This document shows positions 46,187 to 56,056 of a DNA stretch of 64,000 nt, piece after piece; positions within the stretch are counted from its first letter, which is position 1, and each line of letters starts with the position of its first letter. The position numbers were made by a program, and so were the translations under genes. The DNA comes from a virus (Duplodnaviria; Caudoviricetes): the IMG/VR virus record IMGVR_UViG_3300048609_000068, positions 1-64,000 of that record; one strand, written 5' to 3'. The notes under the pieces were generated by a model. That model was given only the letters and a program-made list of their open reading frames with translations. It did no database searches and was not told the DNA's origin.

Positions 46187-46725
46187 TGACTGCAGATCCT
46201 GAAATCAATCCAGCGGTATTTACGGTAGCTACCCAAAAAGAGGATGGAACAGTATCCGCGATTTTGGAGGATATGTTTTCTCTTGGGTACGCAAAGTCTG
46301 GCGAAGTTGTTGTGTACGAGGGTGAACAGGCTGGAAAAACGCTAAAGATTACCGCAGAATTCCGTACAGTGCTGCCAGCTGAAATTCGTGACATATTTGA
46401 GGAAGTTCAAAAGTATCCGAGCTTTCTTGGTGGTTTTGTGACGGAGCAAATCGAGACTTTGGCAAGAGCGCTGATAAAAATAAATGGAATGCGTTTAGCC
46501 TTAGATCAGAATGACCGCACTGATATGTTAAAAGAACTTGATACTACAAGTATTACACCATTGAATGAAGCCAGATATATTCTGATCAAGAAGATAAAGT
46601 CTGTGCATATGCTGGATGCTTTGTACGAGTCGTATAAGAAGTTTATTGATACCGTGCGTCAGAAATTTGAGGAGAGTAAAAAAAAATTAAATTCTCCCCC
46701 CTCTTCCAACTTGACCTCCGAGTAA
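46186..46725 (+). CDS. Tail assembly chaperone (gpG-like)
   Basis: Between tube and tape measure; contains a 9-A slippery run near its 3' end. Confidence 0.7.
   Translation: MTADPEINPAVFTVATQKEDGTVSAILEDMFSLGYAKSGEVVVYEGEQAGKTLKITAEFRTVLPAEIRDIFEEVQKYPSFLGGFVTEQIETLARALIKINGMRLALDQNDRTDMLKELDTTSITPLNEARYILIKKIKSVHMLDALYESYKKFIDTVRQKFEESKKKLNSPPSSNLTSE
46680..46686 (+). other. Programmed -1 frameshift heptamer A AAA AAA
   Basis: The -1 frame is open from 46680 (bounded by TAA at 46677) straight into ORF 46725..47105. Confidence 0.7.
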
Positions 46726-47105
46726 TGCGCTATTTCAAGGTCCTTCCGACAGAGAATCGTTTTAAAAATCTTACCATCTATCAAAAATTGATTCTGTCTT
46801 CTTCAATAAAAGAAGAACAAGAAGATTACGCTGGTCTTATTGACCGTTCTCTTGACGTTTTGACACTGTACATTAATCCGAAATTATTTTCAGATACGCA
46901 TAAGGATAAAGACGATTATTCTAGAAAGAACTCGCAATTTGATATTCAGAGCAGAGTTGGGAAAGAGACAGGTAAGATGTATGTTCCGCAATCCTTAGCA
47001 GCCGCGATTAGGAAATCCGCTGAAGCAAAGAAGAAAATTCTTGAATCTGGATCGTTTAGACCTACTCCTCGGGGTAGCAAAGGTGGAACTCCAATACTGG
47101 GGTAA
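46725..47105 (+). CDS. Second tail chaperone segment (gpT-like), probably expressed as a frameshift fusion
   Basis: In the -1 frame relative to 46186; no clear RBS; immediately before the tape measure gene. Confidence 0.65.
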   Translation: MRYFKVLPTENRFKNLTIYQKLILSSSIKEEQEDYAGLIDRSLDVLTLYINPKLFSDTHKDKDDYSRKNSQFDIQSRVGKETGKMYVPQSLAAAIRKSAEAKKKILESGSFRPTPRGSKGGTPILG

Positions 47106-47108
47106 GCA

Positions 47109-49331
47109 ATGGCTGATGACTTTAAATTGACTCCAGATATTGAAGGTTTTTCTTCGGCTTTGTCACAGATGGACAAGAGCACACTGGAGGCCAATAGAAA
47201 TTTTATTCAGTTTAATGCAAGTATGCAAGACTTTTCTGGAACACTTGGTGCGGTCAAACTTGCTCTTGCGGATTACGCTGATATAACTGCAAAAATGGGT
47301 AACGCTGAAATCGTTTCAAATCAAGATTTAGCGAATATGTCTCAACTGAAGGATTTGTTAATGTCGGTTGGAGTTTCCCATAAAACTATAAATAAGGCAG
47401 TAGAACAAGCCGTCAAACTCCATGATAAAGAAATTGTTCAATACGAGAAACTAACATACAGGCAACGACAATTCGTTGAAGCAAAGAAAAAAGAACTTGA
47501 AGCTGCCAAAAAAGTGATGGAAATAAATGGAAAATTCTATGAGATGAACATCAAAGGAAACGCTTTTCAACAAAGTGCGACCTATGCAGTTGGTAAACGT
47601 GCATGGGGTGGAGCAAAAAGTGTTGCCTCCGCTGCTGGAATTCCGACAAGTATTCTTGGAATGCTTTCTTTTCTTGCTGATAAGGCTTTTTTTAGTCGTA
47701 TGCGTGGTGCAATGGGAATGCAACTTTCCCAACAATGGCTTCCTGGTACTAAATCAGGTGTTGGTGCTTCTAATGTCTACTATAGTCAGTACGCATTCAA
47801 GAAAGGGATCCAAGGAGCTGGTCAATATCAGATGCAGCTTGACAAAGCTGGGTTAGGTAAGATTGTTGGGGAACAAGGAAAAAATAGATTAGGCGCTGCC
47901 CAAGGAATGCGACGAGGAATTGAGGCGCAAGATATCCTTTATGGATATGGTGGTGCATCGCATGTTTCTGACATGCTTGGTCTCATTAATGAAAGTACAG
48001 ATCTTTTGATTCAGAAGGAAGAAAAAAAAGGAGACTTGGCAAATCAATATTTAAAGGATATGACAGACCTATCAAAATTGATACCGAATATGACTATGGA
48101 TGAAGTTCGGGATCAATTTGTTGAGCTTGGGACATCTGTCAAATCTTTTAATACGTCCTTGATGCACACAAAAATGTTGATGTTGGTTATGGATCGACAG
48201 GACTTGGCAAAGGATATTTTTGGAGTAGAAGCTCCTCTTTCCGTGAGAAAGGGACTGGCGTCGGAGATAGCACGGCAACCAGAAAGTATGCAGGTTGCTG
48301 TCCAAGCAGAAATAGCAAAGAAAATTATTGCAACAAGAATGAAAGGAAGGCCGCCTGGGGAAATAAGCGCAGCTTTGAATAAGATGAATATTTCAGATCT
48401 TGCGTATTTTTTTAGAGGAGAAACGGAATTTCAGGGTAAAAAGGCAAATCCTTTTGAACGATTTCAAGGGGGATTGCAGTTTGCAGCTGAGAGATTTGGA
48501 GATGACCGTCTTAGACTTTCTATGGGTTTGCAGCAAGTTTTAGGTTATTCCCAACCAACTTCTGAATATTTAGCAAAGTCATTAAGTGATCCAGCTACCC
48601 GTAAAAAGGCGCTTAGTGGCAATCTTCCGGCAAGTGTTGCAGGAGGTATGGAACAGTTAGAAGCAGAAGCCAAGAAGAAACAAATATCAATAGATCGTGC
48701 GGAGGAACTAAGAAAAGCAAAGATGATCGCAGATCAGCTACAGCCTTTTGAAACATGGCTAAAGAACAGAATAGAAAAGTTTTTTGATGATCTTATGGCT
48801 ACTGTTACGCAAAAATGGCAAGAATTTATGGATATGCTTCCTACTTTTGGTGCTTCTGATTCTAGAAAGGATATAAAGAAATCCTTGGTTCTTAGTGGGA
48901 TGCCACCAGCAGCCGCAGAAAATGCGTCTAGAGTTCTTAATGCAACTTCTGAAATCGGAGACCCAGCGTATGCTGCATTTAAAAAGCAGCTTGAGAGAGA
49001 AGGTTTCGCTTATGGGCTAGGTTCCATGGTTACTCCCCCTGGTCCTCCTGGACTCATGGGAAAATTGCTTCCGTCTCCTTCCCCTTATTTTCAACCTGCC
49101 CCTCGCTTTAGGGAAGCAATGGGAACTTTGTCGGAAGCAGAATTTAGTGACATACAGGGAAAAATGCTAAGTCCTGATGCACAAGTAAGAAGAGAAGTTT
49201 TTGAGGTACTTAAGTCCGTTCTAGGTAAAACAAACCGTAAATATAGGATAAAGCAGGCTGTTGATCATCAAACGGAAGAATCTACTGCATATGAAATAAC
49301 ACCTCGTTCATTAGTACCGGGGAAGAACTAG
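47109..49331 (+). CDS. Tape measure protein
   Basis: 740-aa Ala/Gly/Lys-rich helical protein after the chaperones. Confidence 0.7.
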   Translation: MADDFKLTPDIEGFSSALSQMDKSTLEANRNFIQFNASMQDFSGTLGAVKLALADYADITAKMGNAEIVSNQDLANMSQLKDLLMSVGVSHKTINKAVEQAVKLHDKEIVQYEKLTYRQRQFVEAKKKELEAAKKVMEINGKFYEMNIKGNAFQQSATYAVGKRAWGGAKSVASAAGIPTSILGMLSFLADKAFFSRMRGAMGMQLSQQWLPGTKSGVGASNVYYSQYAFKKGIQGAGQYQMQLDKAGLGKIVGEQGKNRLGAAQGMRRGIEAQDILYGYGGASHVSDMLGLINESTDLLIQKEEKKGDLANQYLKDMTDLSKLIPNMTMDEVRDQFVELGTSVKSFNTSLMHTKMLMLVMDRQDLAKDIFGVEAPLSVRKGLASEIARQPESMQVAVQAEIAKKIIATRMKGRPPGEISAALNKMNISDLAYFFRGETEFQGKKANPFERFQGGLQFAAERFGDDRLRLSMGLQQVLGYSQPTSEYLAKSLSDPATRKKALSGNLPASVAGGMEQLEAEAKKKQISIDRAEELRKAKMIADQLQPFETWLKNRIEKFFDDLMATVTQKWQEFMDMLPTFGASDSRKDIKKSLVLSGMPPAAAENASRVLNATSEIGDPAYAAFKKQLEREGFAYGLGSMVTPPGPPGLMGKLLPSPSPYFQPAPRFREAMGTLSEAEFSDIQGKMLSPDAQVRREVFEVLKSVLGKTNRKYRIKQAVDHQTEESTAYEITPRSLVPGKN

Positions 49332-50048
49332 ATGTCTAAAACTCCAAAGTTTGTAACGAACTCACTGAAGGCTCTTTTTGTTCCAACTTCTAATGTGGAT
49401 CGGCTTACCTTTACAACCTACGTTGGGAGCGACATTGCTGCTTCTTCTGGATCTCAGGATGTTCGACCGAAGAATAAAGTTGTCCTACAGATTAATCCGC
49501 AAGAGCTTCAGTATGAAAAAAATAAAATTGCGCAGAAAATTCAAACGAGCACTCCTGGAAGGTTCGTTGTCTACGATTGGGGAACAGACATATTGATGCT
49601 TTCTATTCGTGGAAGCACAGGAAATCTTATTCCAGAATCCATCCGTCGGGGTGAGGCAGCTTTGACGGATTTTACTGACTCCATTGGTAAGGAAATTGGT
49701 GGAGAGCTTGGTGGTGCTTTGAAAAAAGCGGATAATTTTGTTAGAGATAACATTATTGGATCTACGTCTTACTCTGATCTTATTGCGATGTCTCCAAGAT
49801 TTCATGCGTTTATGGAGCTGCATACTCTTTATGAAAATTTTGACGCTGATCAAGACATTCTAATTTTGGAACTTTCTGACCATGCCTACCGTGGTTTTTT
49901 CCAGAATTTTAGTTTTACGCATTCTGCGGAGAGCCCATGGAATTGGAAATATGAAATCGTTTTTGCAAGTTTGTATGACTTTGGAAATTATAAGTCTCGT
50001 GGTGATCCGCAGATTCCAAACAAGCCGAACGTTGATAAGACGCAGTAG
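49332..50048 (+). CDS. Tail-tube initiator / baseplate protein
   Basis: LQINPQELQY...WGTD...SIRGSTG...YRGFFQNFSFTHSAESPWNWKYEIVF. Confidence 0.65.
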   Translation: MSKTPKFVTNSLKALFVPTSNVDRLTFTTYVGSDIAASSGSQDVRPKNKVVLQINPQELQYEKNKIAQKIQTSTPGRFVVYDWGTDILMLSIRGSTGNLIPESIRRGEAALTDFTDSIGKEIGGELGGALKKADNFVRDNIIGSTSYSDLIAMSPRFHAFMELHTLYENFDADQDILILELSDHAYRGFFQNFSFTHSAESPWNWKYEIVFASLYDFGNYKSRGDPQIPNKPNVDKTQ

Positions 50049-50056
50049 GGACTATC

Positions 50057-52258
50057 ATGGATGTTCTTGTACAGAAGCTTCGGCAAAAATACTATGATCA
50101 ATATATTGCTTGTGGTCAGAGCAAGCAATATAAAGGTTATTTTAATTCGGTAAAGGCAATCCCAGTAAATAATGCCAAGATTTATTACGCTGTACCCGAT
50201 GCTTGTTTTCGTCCAGAAATATACGTAACAATCGACTTTACGTATAAGTTCGTTTTGGATATGACGACTTCAACTTCTTCGGCGGCATCTGCTTATACAC
50301 CTCTTGTTGATCCAGTGATTCTTAATTACTTCTATGTTCAAATTCGTGATTTTGCTTCTTACTATTTTAAGTACTATGCGGCGATAAGATCGCAGGAAGA
50401 AAATAAACAGATTCCAGCGTATGATATTAGGAAAGCTGAAGTTGAAACCACTGCTGATAAAAGTTTGTTTATCAATAGTTTTCTGAACTACTTTTTTACC
50501 GATGTGTCCGTTACTCGAAGCAGAAAAAATATTGGAGAGGCTACTATTACTATTCGGGATACTACTTTGAAGTATCCTTCTCTTCAATACAGGCGGTTTA
50601 CATTATTTACAAGCACGTTGCAATCTACATTTAACCAACTATTCATGCCGATGCTTCCAGTCATGATTTGGGCACGCGGAAGGTACTATAAGGACTTCTA
50701 TTTTCCTATTTTTACTGGTTATATTGTTAGGACTGTAGCGCAAAATACAGAAGGATTCTTTTCTGTTGTTATAAGCTGTAATGATATCCTTGAACTTGCT
50801 AGTGGAACATACACAATTGTCAATCCTTCGATCGATCAAGAACAGTATTTTGAAAAAACAAATAATTTGAATGTATATTCTCAACCATTTTATGGGATGG
50901 AACATCTGGATATGTTTGATCGTTTGATTCATGGGGGGCACCTGCGTTACAATCCTGATGGTAGCATAGCGACCGTAGAAGATCCTGGCGTTGTTGACGG
51001 ATCGAGCGAGGATAGCAAATCGAGTCAGCCATTTTATAATGCTCTTGTTGACTTTTCTCGTTCTCGGGAGGGTTCGTTTTATTCTCCTAATACGATTTAT
51101 GAGGAACGAGGTATACATAAAGATTCCTTCAATTTGGCTGCCGCTCTAAATTGGACATCTTCTGCTCGTAGACGCTTTACCGTTGCTTGGGGTTATCGTA
51201 TGAACCCCTATCGTGTTTTTGGTTCTAAGACTCCTAATCAGTTTACGGCAGATATAAATTCTCGCTATGAAATTCTTAGGAATACCGCAGACATTGTTTT
51301 TTTTGAGCTTTATGTTGATGCATGGGGAAATATACAATACCATCCCATGCGTCTTTCAAATAAATTTCTGGAATTTGACATGGTATCTGATGTATCCAAG
51401 CCGGAAAGTTTTCATCAGCATACGTTTCCTTGGGTACAAGTAATCGGTCCAGAAGAATTGATTAGTAGCTCTAAAACTTTTGATATTCAATCGGTAGCAA
51501 CGATCATGACATTTAATGGATCGTTAGGGTATGACGGCGCCCCAAGTGAAATTGACCCTGGAAAATATCAAGATCCTGTACTGAGAAGGAAATTTGGGAA
51601 TCGGTATGTAGCTTATAAAAATCCTTTATTCGCGCAGAATCCAAATATTGGGGAACGTAAATTATTTGATGCTGTGGCAGAAGCTTATTTACGTTTTTAC
51701 AATGCTAAATTGTATACAGCCGAATTTAGCATTATCTTCCGGCCAGAGATAGAAATGGCACTTCCAGTATATTTATATCCAGATGGAGAAATATTCTACG
51801 TTGATGCAATCACGCATAGTATTTCTATTGGGTCAAATGCGACGACGCTTATTTCTGGAAGTTTCGGGCGTCAAGATAATGAGCCTGTTCCGGAATTTCT
51901 TAGCTATCTTATCGATTCTGGAAAGGCAACCCAAGTAAGTGGGTATTCCTACGAGCAAGTTGGAACAGAAGAAGCACCTGGAACTGTTGGACCCGCTATT
52001 CGAAGAGATGACTTGACTCAATCTTTAGATGAAGTTCTTGGCATAGAGGTTAGCAAGGAAATCGATGCTGCTAGAGAGAAAGTAATACTAAGAGACAAAG
52101 AAATAAGTCAAGCTATCATAGATGGTCACGCCGCTACGGATAACAGAGCTTTTTCTAGATTGAACGTGGGTCCAGGAAACACCGTAAACCGAGAAGAGGC
52201 TGCAAAAGCGGAAGCAATATACCGGTTGTCATTAAAAGCTATTCCACCAGAGGATTAA
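50057..52258 (+). CDS. Baseplate hub protein (gp27/VgrG-like)
   Basis: IFTGYI...ISC.D, FFELYVDAWGNIQY, IFRPEIEMALPVY...FYVDAITHSI. Confidence 0.7.
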   Translation: MDVLVQKLRQKYYDQYIACGQSKQYKGYFNSVKAIPVNNAKIYYAVPDACFRPEIYVTIDFTYKFVLDMTTSTSSAASAYTPLVDPVILNYFYVQIRDFASYYFKYYAAIRSQEENKQIPAYDIRKAEVETTADKSLFINSFLNYFFTDVSVTRSRKNIGEATITIRDTTLKYPSLQYRRFTLFTSTLQSTFNQLFMPMLPVMIWARGRYYKDFYFPIFTGYIVRTVAQNTEGFFSVVISCNDILELASGTYTIVNPSIDQEQYFEKTNNLNVYSQPFYGMEHLDMFDRLIHGGHLRYNPDGSIATVEDPGVVDGSSEDSKSSQPFYNALVDFSRSREGSFYSPNTIYEERGIHKDSFNLAAALNWTSSARRRFTVAWGYRMNPYRVFGSKTPNQFTADINSRYEILRNTADIVFFELYVDAWGNIQYHPMRLSNKFLEFDMVSDVSKPESFHQHTFPWVQVIGPEELISSSKTFDIQSVATIMTFNGSLGYDGAPSEIDPGKYQDPVLRRKFGNRYVAYKNPLFAQNPNIGERKLFDAVAEAYLRFYNAKLYTAEFSIIFRPEIEMALPVYLYPDGEIFYVDAITHSISIGSNATTLISGSFGRQDNEPVPEFLSYLIDSGKATQVSGYSYEQVGTEEAPGTVGPAIRRDDLTQSLDEVLGIEVSKEIDAAREKVILRDKEISQAIIDGHAATDNRAFSRLNVGPGNTVNREEAAKAEAIYRLSLKAIPPED

Positions 52259-52265
52259 TATTTTA

Positions 52266-53255
52266 ATGCTTTCTACTGCAAAAAATAAAGAAATATCGAT
52301 TGGCCCCGCTAAGGTGATGGCAGCATATCCGGATGAGAGAATTGTATCTATTAAATGGCTAAATAGACCTACGGATAGACACAACGTGATGGTAGTTACT
52401 GACCCTAATAGCTATTCATTTCCTCAAGTTGGCGATTGTGGCCTTGTAATTAGTGTAGATAATTATGACTATTTTATTGGTAAATTGGAATATCGGTATG
52501 CAGATAAGATAAATGGTACTAGCGAAGGTCGTACTAAAGATGCTTCTGGACAAGATATTTATGCTAAAAAAGTGCAACCTGGTGATGTTTTCTTAGCTCC
52601 ACTTCTTCGGGCGACAAGTTTATTTTTATCAAAGACTGGGGGGATGAGTCTTTCGGCGAAGAGTGGTGATGGCCTAGTTTATTACGCTTACAATCGTCTT
52701 GCAAAATTAAAGGCAAAAGCAACGATTATTCTTGGTCAGGGCGTCACGGCGGCATTTGGGAAAGTGATGCGGGATCTTGGAGCAGGATTGCAAGTAATTC
52801 CTAATGTTGATTTACCTACGACTCCATCCGTGGAAAGCTTGATTGATGTAACTATTAATACTTTTCGTATGGCACGTTTACATTTAGGGCATGTTTTGAA
52901 TTCCGTTGGAGTTCCCGAACTTGGATCTATTATTCCAACAGCGAGACTTCGTGCTATCTTGGAGGTATGTACAGCCAGTGTACCGATCGCTGTTTTGAAG
53001 ATGGATGAACTGGGACATATTGAGCTATCTTCCACGATTGGTAAGATTATGATTGATTCGACCGCGCCTGTACCGTTGGATAGTATTCTTCTTGGTGGGT
53101 CTCTATTAACATTGACACAGCATGCTGTATGGGGAGAATTACTTATAGATTGGTTGAATAATCATACGCACCCTACAAGTATGGGTCCGACATCCACGCC
53201 AACTATCCCCGCTCTTCCAGCTACTTTATTGAGTAAGAAAGTTCTTGTCGGTTGA
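52266..53255 (+). CDS. Baseplate central spike protein
   Basis: N-terminal OB-like FPQVGD.GLV motif; C-terminal WLNNHTHPT..GPT metal-binding tip. Confidence 0.7.
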   Translation: MLSTAKNKEISIGPAKVMAAYPDERIVSIKWLNRPTDRHNVMVVTDPNSYSFPQVGDCGLVISVDNYDYFIGKLEYRYADKINGTSEGRTKDASGQDIYAKKVQPGDVFLAPLLRATSLFLSKTGGMSLSAKSGDGLVYYAYNRLAKLKAKATIILGQGVTAAFGKVMRDLGAGLQVIPNVDLPTTPSVESLIDVTINTFRMARLHLGHVLNSVGVPELGSIIPTARLRAILEVCTASVPIAVLKMDELGHIELSSTIGKIMIDSTAPVPLDSILLGGSLLTLTQHAVWGELLIDWLNNHTHPTSMGPTSTPTIPALPATLLSKKVLVG

Positions 53256-53256
53256 C

Positions 53257-53829
53257 ATGGCACTCTCCCAAGCAATTTTGAAAGCGGAATTTCTGAAGTT
53301 GTTTGACCCAGCGGTTGCTGTTTACCCAGCAACGGTTGTAGACGCGATAACGAACTGGTCGAACGCATATAATACCTATGCGTTGAATGCAGTTGACGTT
53401 AGCGGTGATCCGGTTGTCACTGTAAACTTGGCTGGTTTTACAGCGGCATTGACTGCAAGTATTCTACCTTGCCCTCCTGGAACGGATATAACAACATGCG
53501 CAAATGCATTTGATTCCGCTTTTGTTGCGTACTGGACGTTAGCGGCATTTTCTATCGGAAGTCTCCCACCTGGAATATACCCATGTCTTAATGTTGGGGG
53601 AACATTAACATTTGGTATCGAGACCACAAGTATTGTTTCTGTAGTTACTCCCGGTGTTTTGTCGGCATTGCTATTGACGGAATTTGCTAATTTGAGTTCA
53701 GACTACGACGCAAAAGCAGACGATTTAGCTCAAGCGTTCCACGACGCTACCACTTCTGCTGTTCTTGTGACAATTGTTGGTGAAGATACAATTGGAGGTC
53801 CAATTACGAATACTTGCACGATTTTCTAA
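53257..53829 (+). CDS. Hypothetical baseplate-region protein
   Basis: Follows the spike; helical, Ala-rich. Confidence 0.6.
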   Translation: MALSQAILKAEFLKLFDPAVAVYPATVVDAITNWSNAYNTYALNAVDVSGDPVVTVNLAGFTAALTASILPCPPGTDITTCANAFDSAFVAYWTLAAFSIGSLPPGIYPCLNVGGTLTFGIETTSIVSVVTPGVLSALLLTEFANLSSDYDAKADDLAQAFHDATTSAVLVTIVGEDTIGGPITNTCTIF

Positions 53830-54746
53830 TAATTTATTTTATTTAGAATCATAATGATTTTACTTTGTGTTTGTTCTTTGATAGGAATTTGAAATCCAGC
53901 GGCATCTTTTTTCCAACCTCCTCCACCATTGACAGCTTGAGCAATTGTTCTGACGTCCGTTCCATTCTTTCGTGATCGGAGAGAACATCGATTGTGCTGT
54001 GGATTGACAACAACAATATAATCAATGTCACCATATTCTGGATCGTCTAATATTTTTTTTGCTACTTCCGATGCATACTCCTTTACGAATACGACTCTGA
54101 ACTTATTATTTAGTCCATCGACATAGACGTCGCATTCTTGTTTATGTTCTTTGAACACTTCGTCTACGTAAATATTTTTTCTTTGCTCGATGTACTTTAT
54201 AAGAGTGGCGAATGGTTCTACCGAATCCGCATCTTGTTTTTCTGAAAAGGTTGCAATGAATTCTTCTCTTCCAATAAAGCTTAACAAAGAATTGATTCTT
54301 TCGGCACGTTTTCTATGCACGGATTCTGTGATCCATAGATCCCAGCTATTGATGGTCTGAGCGAACTGTTCCGTGCTGCTCGTAAAGTGCTTGCAGTCTT
54401 TTAGAGTTTCATAAAGAAGCATTGTAGCGCATTTATCATTCTCGTTTTTGGTCCATGGGTATTTTGTTGCGTAGTTCCTATTTTGATGATGATCCAAAAG
54501 AAGGATTTCAATGTCCTTATTGTACGAATTGATTTCTGCACAGGCAGTATCGGAAGGAGTAATGTCTGTTATGAGTAGTAAATCCTGTTGAGAATATTCT
54601 TTTTCTTTGATGAAACGGAGGACGGCATCATCGATGGTAGCGTATTCATGGTATTCTACTTTATTCAAAAGCAGCTTTGCAGCTTTGGCGAGTACCACGG
54701 TTCCAATCGAATCGAGACCATGATGCGTAAACAGATAGACGGACAT
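53826..54746 (-). CDS. DHH/DHHA1 family phosphoesterase-like protein, antisense to the baseplate operon
   Basis: TH..LD, LITDITP, LLDHH, WDLW, SLRS and GGG..AAG motifs. GGAGG RBS before ATG 54746; TATAAT at 54782-54777. Confidence 0.85.
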   Translation of the reverse strand: MSVYLFTHHGLDSIGTVVLAKAAKLLLNKVEYHEYATIDDAVLRFIKEKEYSQQDLLLITDITPSDTACAEINSYNKDIEILLLDHHQNRNYATKYPWTKNENDKCATMLLYETLKDCKHFTSSTEQFAQTINSWDLWITESVHRKRAERINSLLSFIGREEFIATFSEKQDADSVEPFATLIKYIEQRKNIYVDEVFKEHKQECDVYVDGLNNKFRVVFVKEYASEVAKKILDDPEYGDIDYIVVVNPQHNRCSLRSRKNGTDVRTIAQAVNGGGGWKKDAAGFQIPIKEQTQSKIIMILNKINY

Positions 54747-54837
54747 AGACCCTCCGAGTTTAGGTGTACTTGGTGTATTATACTGTCTTGGCATCACCAC
54801 TTAATTTTATTTTTTCTTCGTGTGTAGAATATTACAT

Positions 54838-55326
54838 ATGGGAAGTAAGATAGTAAGTAAAGAATGTTTATGCGCTATCTTGACGATTGCACAAGGTGTT
54901 TCTGGAACAAAATTCAAAGATCTGTTTATGCCTTTTCTGGATGGGATTATCGGGATATTGCAGATCATTCGATCTACGTATATATTAGAGTACCCAGAAA
55001 TTATTGCTGATAGGATTGAGGTTATGGTTCTTCAGGCTTCACTGGATTATATGAAGAGTATTACAGACCCGGTAAAATCTTATCTTTCTAACTTGGAACG
55101 ATTTTTTGCGTCGAATTCGGATTGTCCACCAATGGCAACAGTTTCAGTTGGAACAAAATGGGTGACGGATCATTCTTTAGGTTTTACAGATCAACTTGAA
55201 GACGAGATTCAACAGGCAATATTATTTATGGATGAAGCAGATGTGAATACAGCGTATATCGATCGAATGATCTCTGTCTTTGAGGAAGTAAAGAAAACAG
55301 TACAGGAAGTCTGCGGAGGGATTTAA
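54838..55326 (+). CDS. Hypothetical helical protein
   Basis: Resumes the + strand operon; TAATG-coupled to the next gene. Confidence 0.6.
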   Translation: MGSKIVSKECLCAILTIAQGVSGTKFKDLFMPFLDGIIGILQIIRSTYILEYPEIIADRIEVMVLQASLDYMKSITDPVKSYLSNLERFFASNSDCPPMATVSVGTKWVTDHSLGFTDQLEDEIQQAILFMDEADVNTAYIDRMISVFEEVKKTVQEVCGGI

Positions 55327-56045
55327 TGGCAGTTGTTTACAATAATGATTTTAAGATCAAAGTAATTCAGAATGGGAGTACAAAGGCTACACTTGCGCTC
55401 AATGTCAATGGTGATTTGCAGCTTGTTACTGGCCAGGATAAACTTCATGGGGAGATCATTAGAAGTGTAATAAATGACAATGCGAAATTTATGAATGTGA
55501 GTACCACATCAGATAGAGAAGTACGCGCTCTTTTATTTACGATTCTTAAACGTTTTAAGAATTCTCAAATAGATGAAATAAACAGCGTAAACGAAACTAT
55601 TATTGGATATCATATTTATAGAAAACTGTCGGGTACTACTGACAACTATGTTAAAATTACGACAGTTCCTATCATCTGGTCCTATACAGACTCTTCTGTT
55701 ACTAACGGGATAAGTTATGAATACCAGACAAAGCAAGTATCTTCTGGAAATTTGGAATACGATTTTTCAGAGCATTTCATTGTGACTCCGACTTCAAATA
55801 TAGAAAATAAGAAATATGCTATTGGAACGAACGCTGTTGTATATAATGGCTCTAACAGCGTTAACTTCTATTTTGAATCAGTAAAAAATTTTAAAGGCTC
55901 TGAATTAATAGACAATATCACTGATATTTTTGCTTCTCCAAATGAAACAGATCCTAGAAGGTACGTTGTTCAAATAATTCTTGTTGATGGCGTTGGTAAT
56001 GAAGTTAGTGTGGCAACCCAGGGGTTTGGCTTGAACATTGGTTAG
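55326..56045 (+). CDS. Baseplate wedge gp25/GpW-like protein with inserted fibronectin-III-like segment
   Basis: LQLVTGQDKL...DPRRYVVQI core; insert GYHIYRK...YTDSSVTNGISYEY. Confidence 0.6.
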   Translation: MAVVYNNDFKIKVIQNGSTKATLALNVNGDLQLVTGQDKLHGEIIRSVINDNAKFMNVSTTSDREVRALLFTILKRFKNSQIDEINSVNETIIGYHIYRKLSGTTDNYVKITTVPIIWSYTDSSVTNGISYEYQTKQVSSGNLEYDFSEHFIVTPTSNIENKKYAIGTNAVVYNGSNSVNFYFESVKNFKGSELIDNITDIFASPNETDPRRYVVQIILVDGVGNEVSVATQGFGLNIG

Positions 56046-56056
56046 GAGTTTTTACG

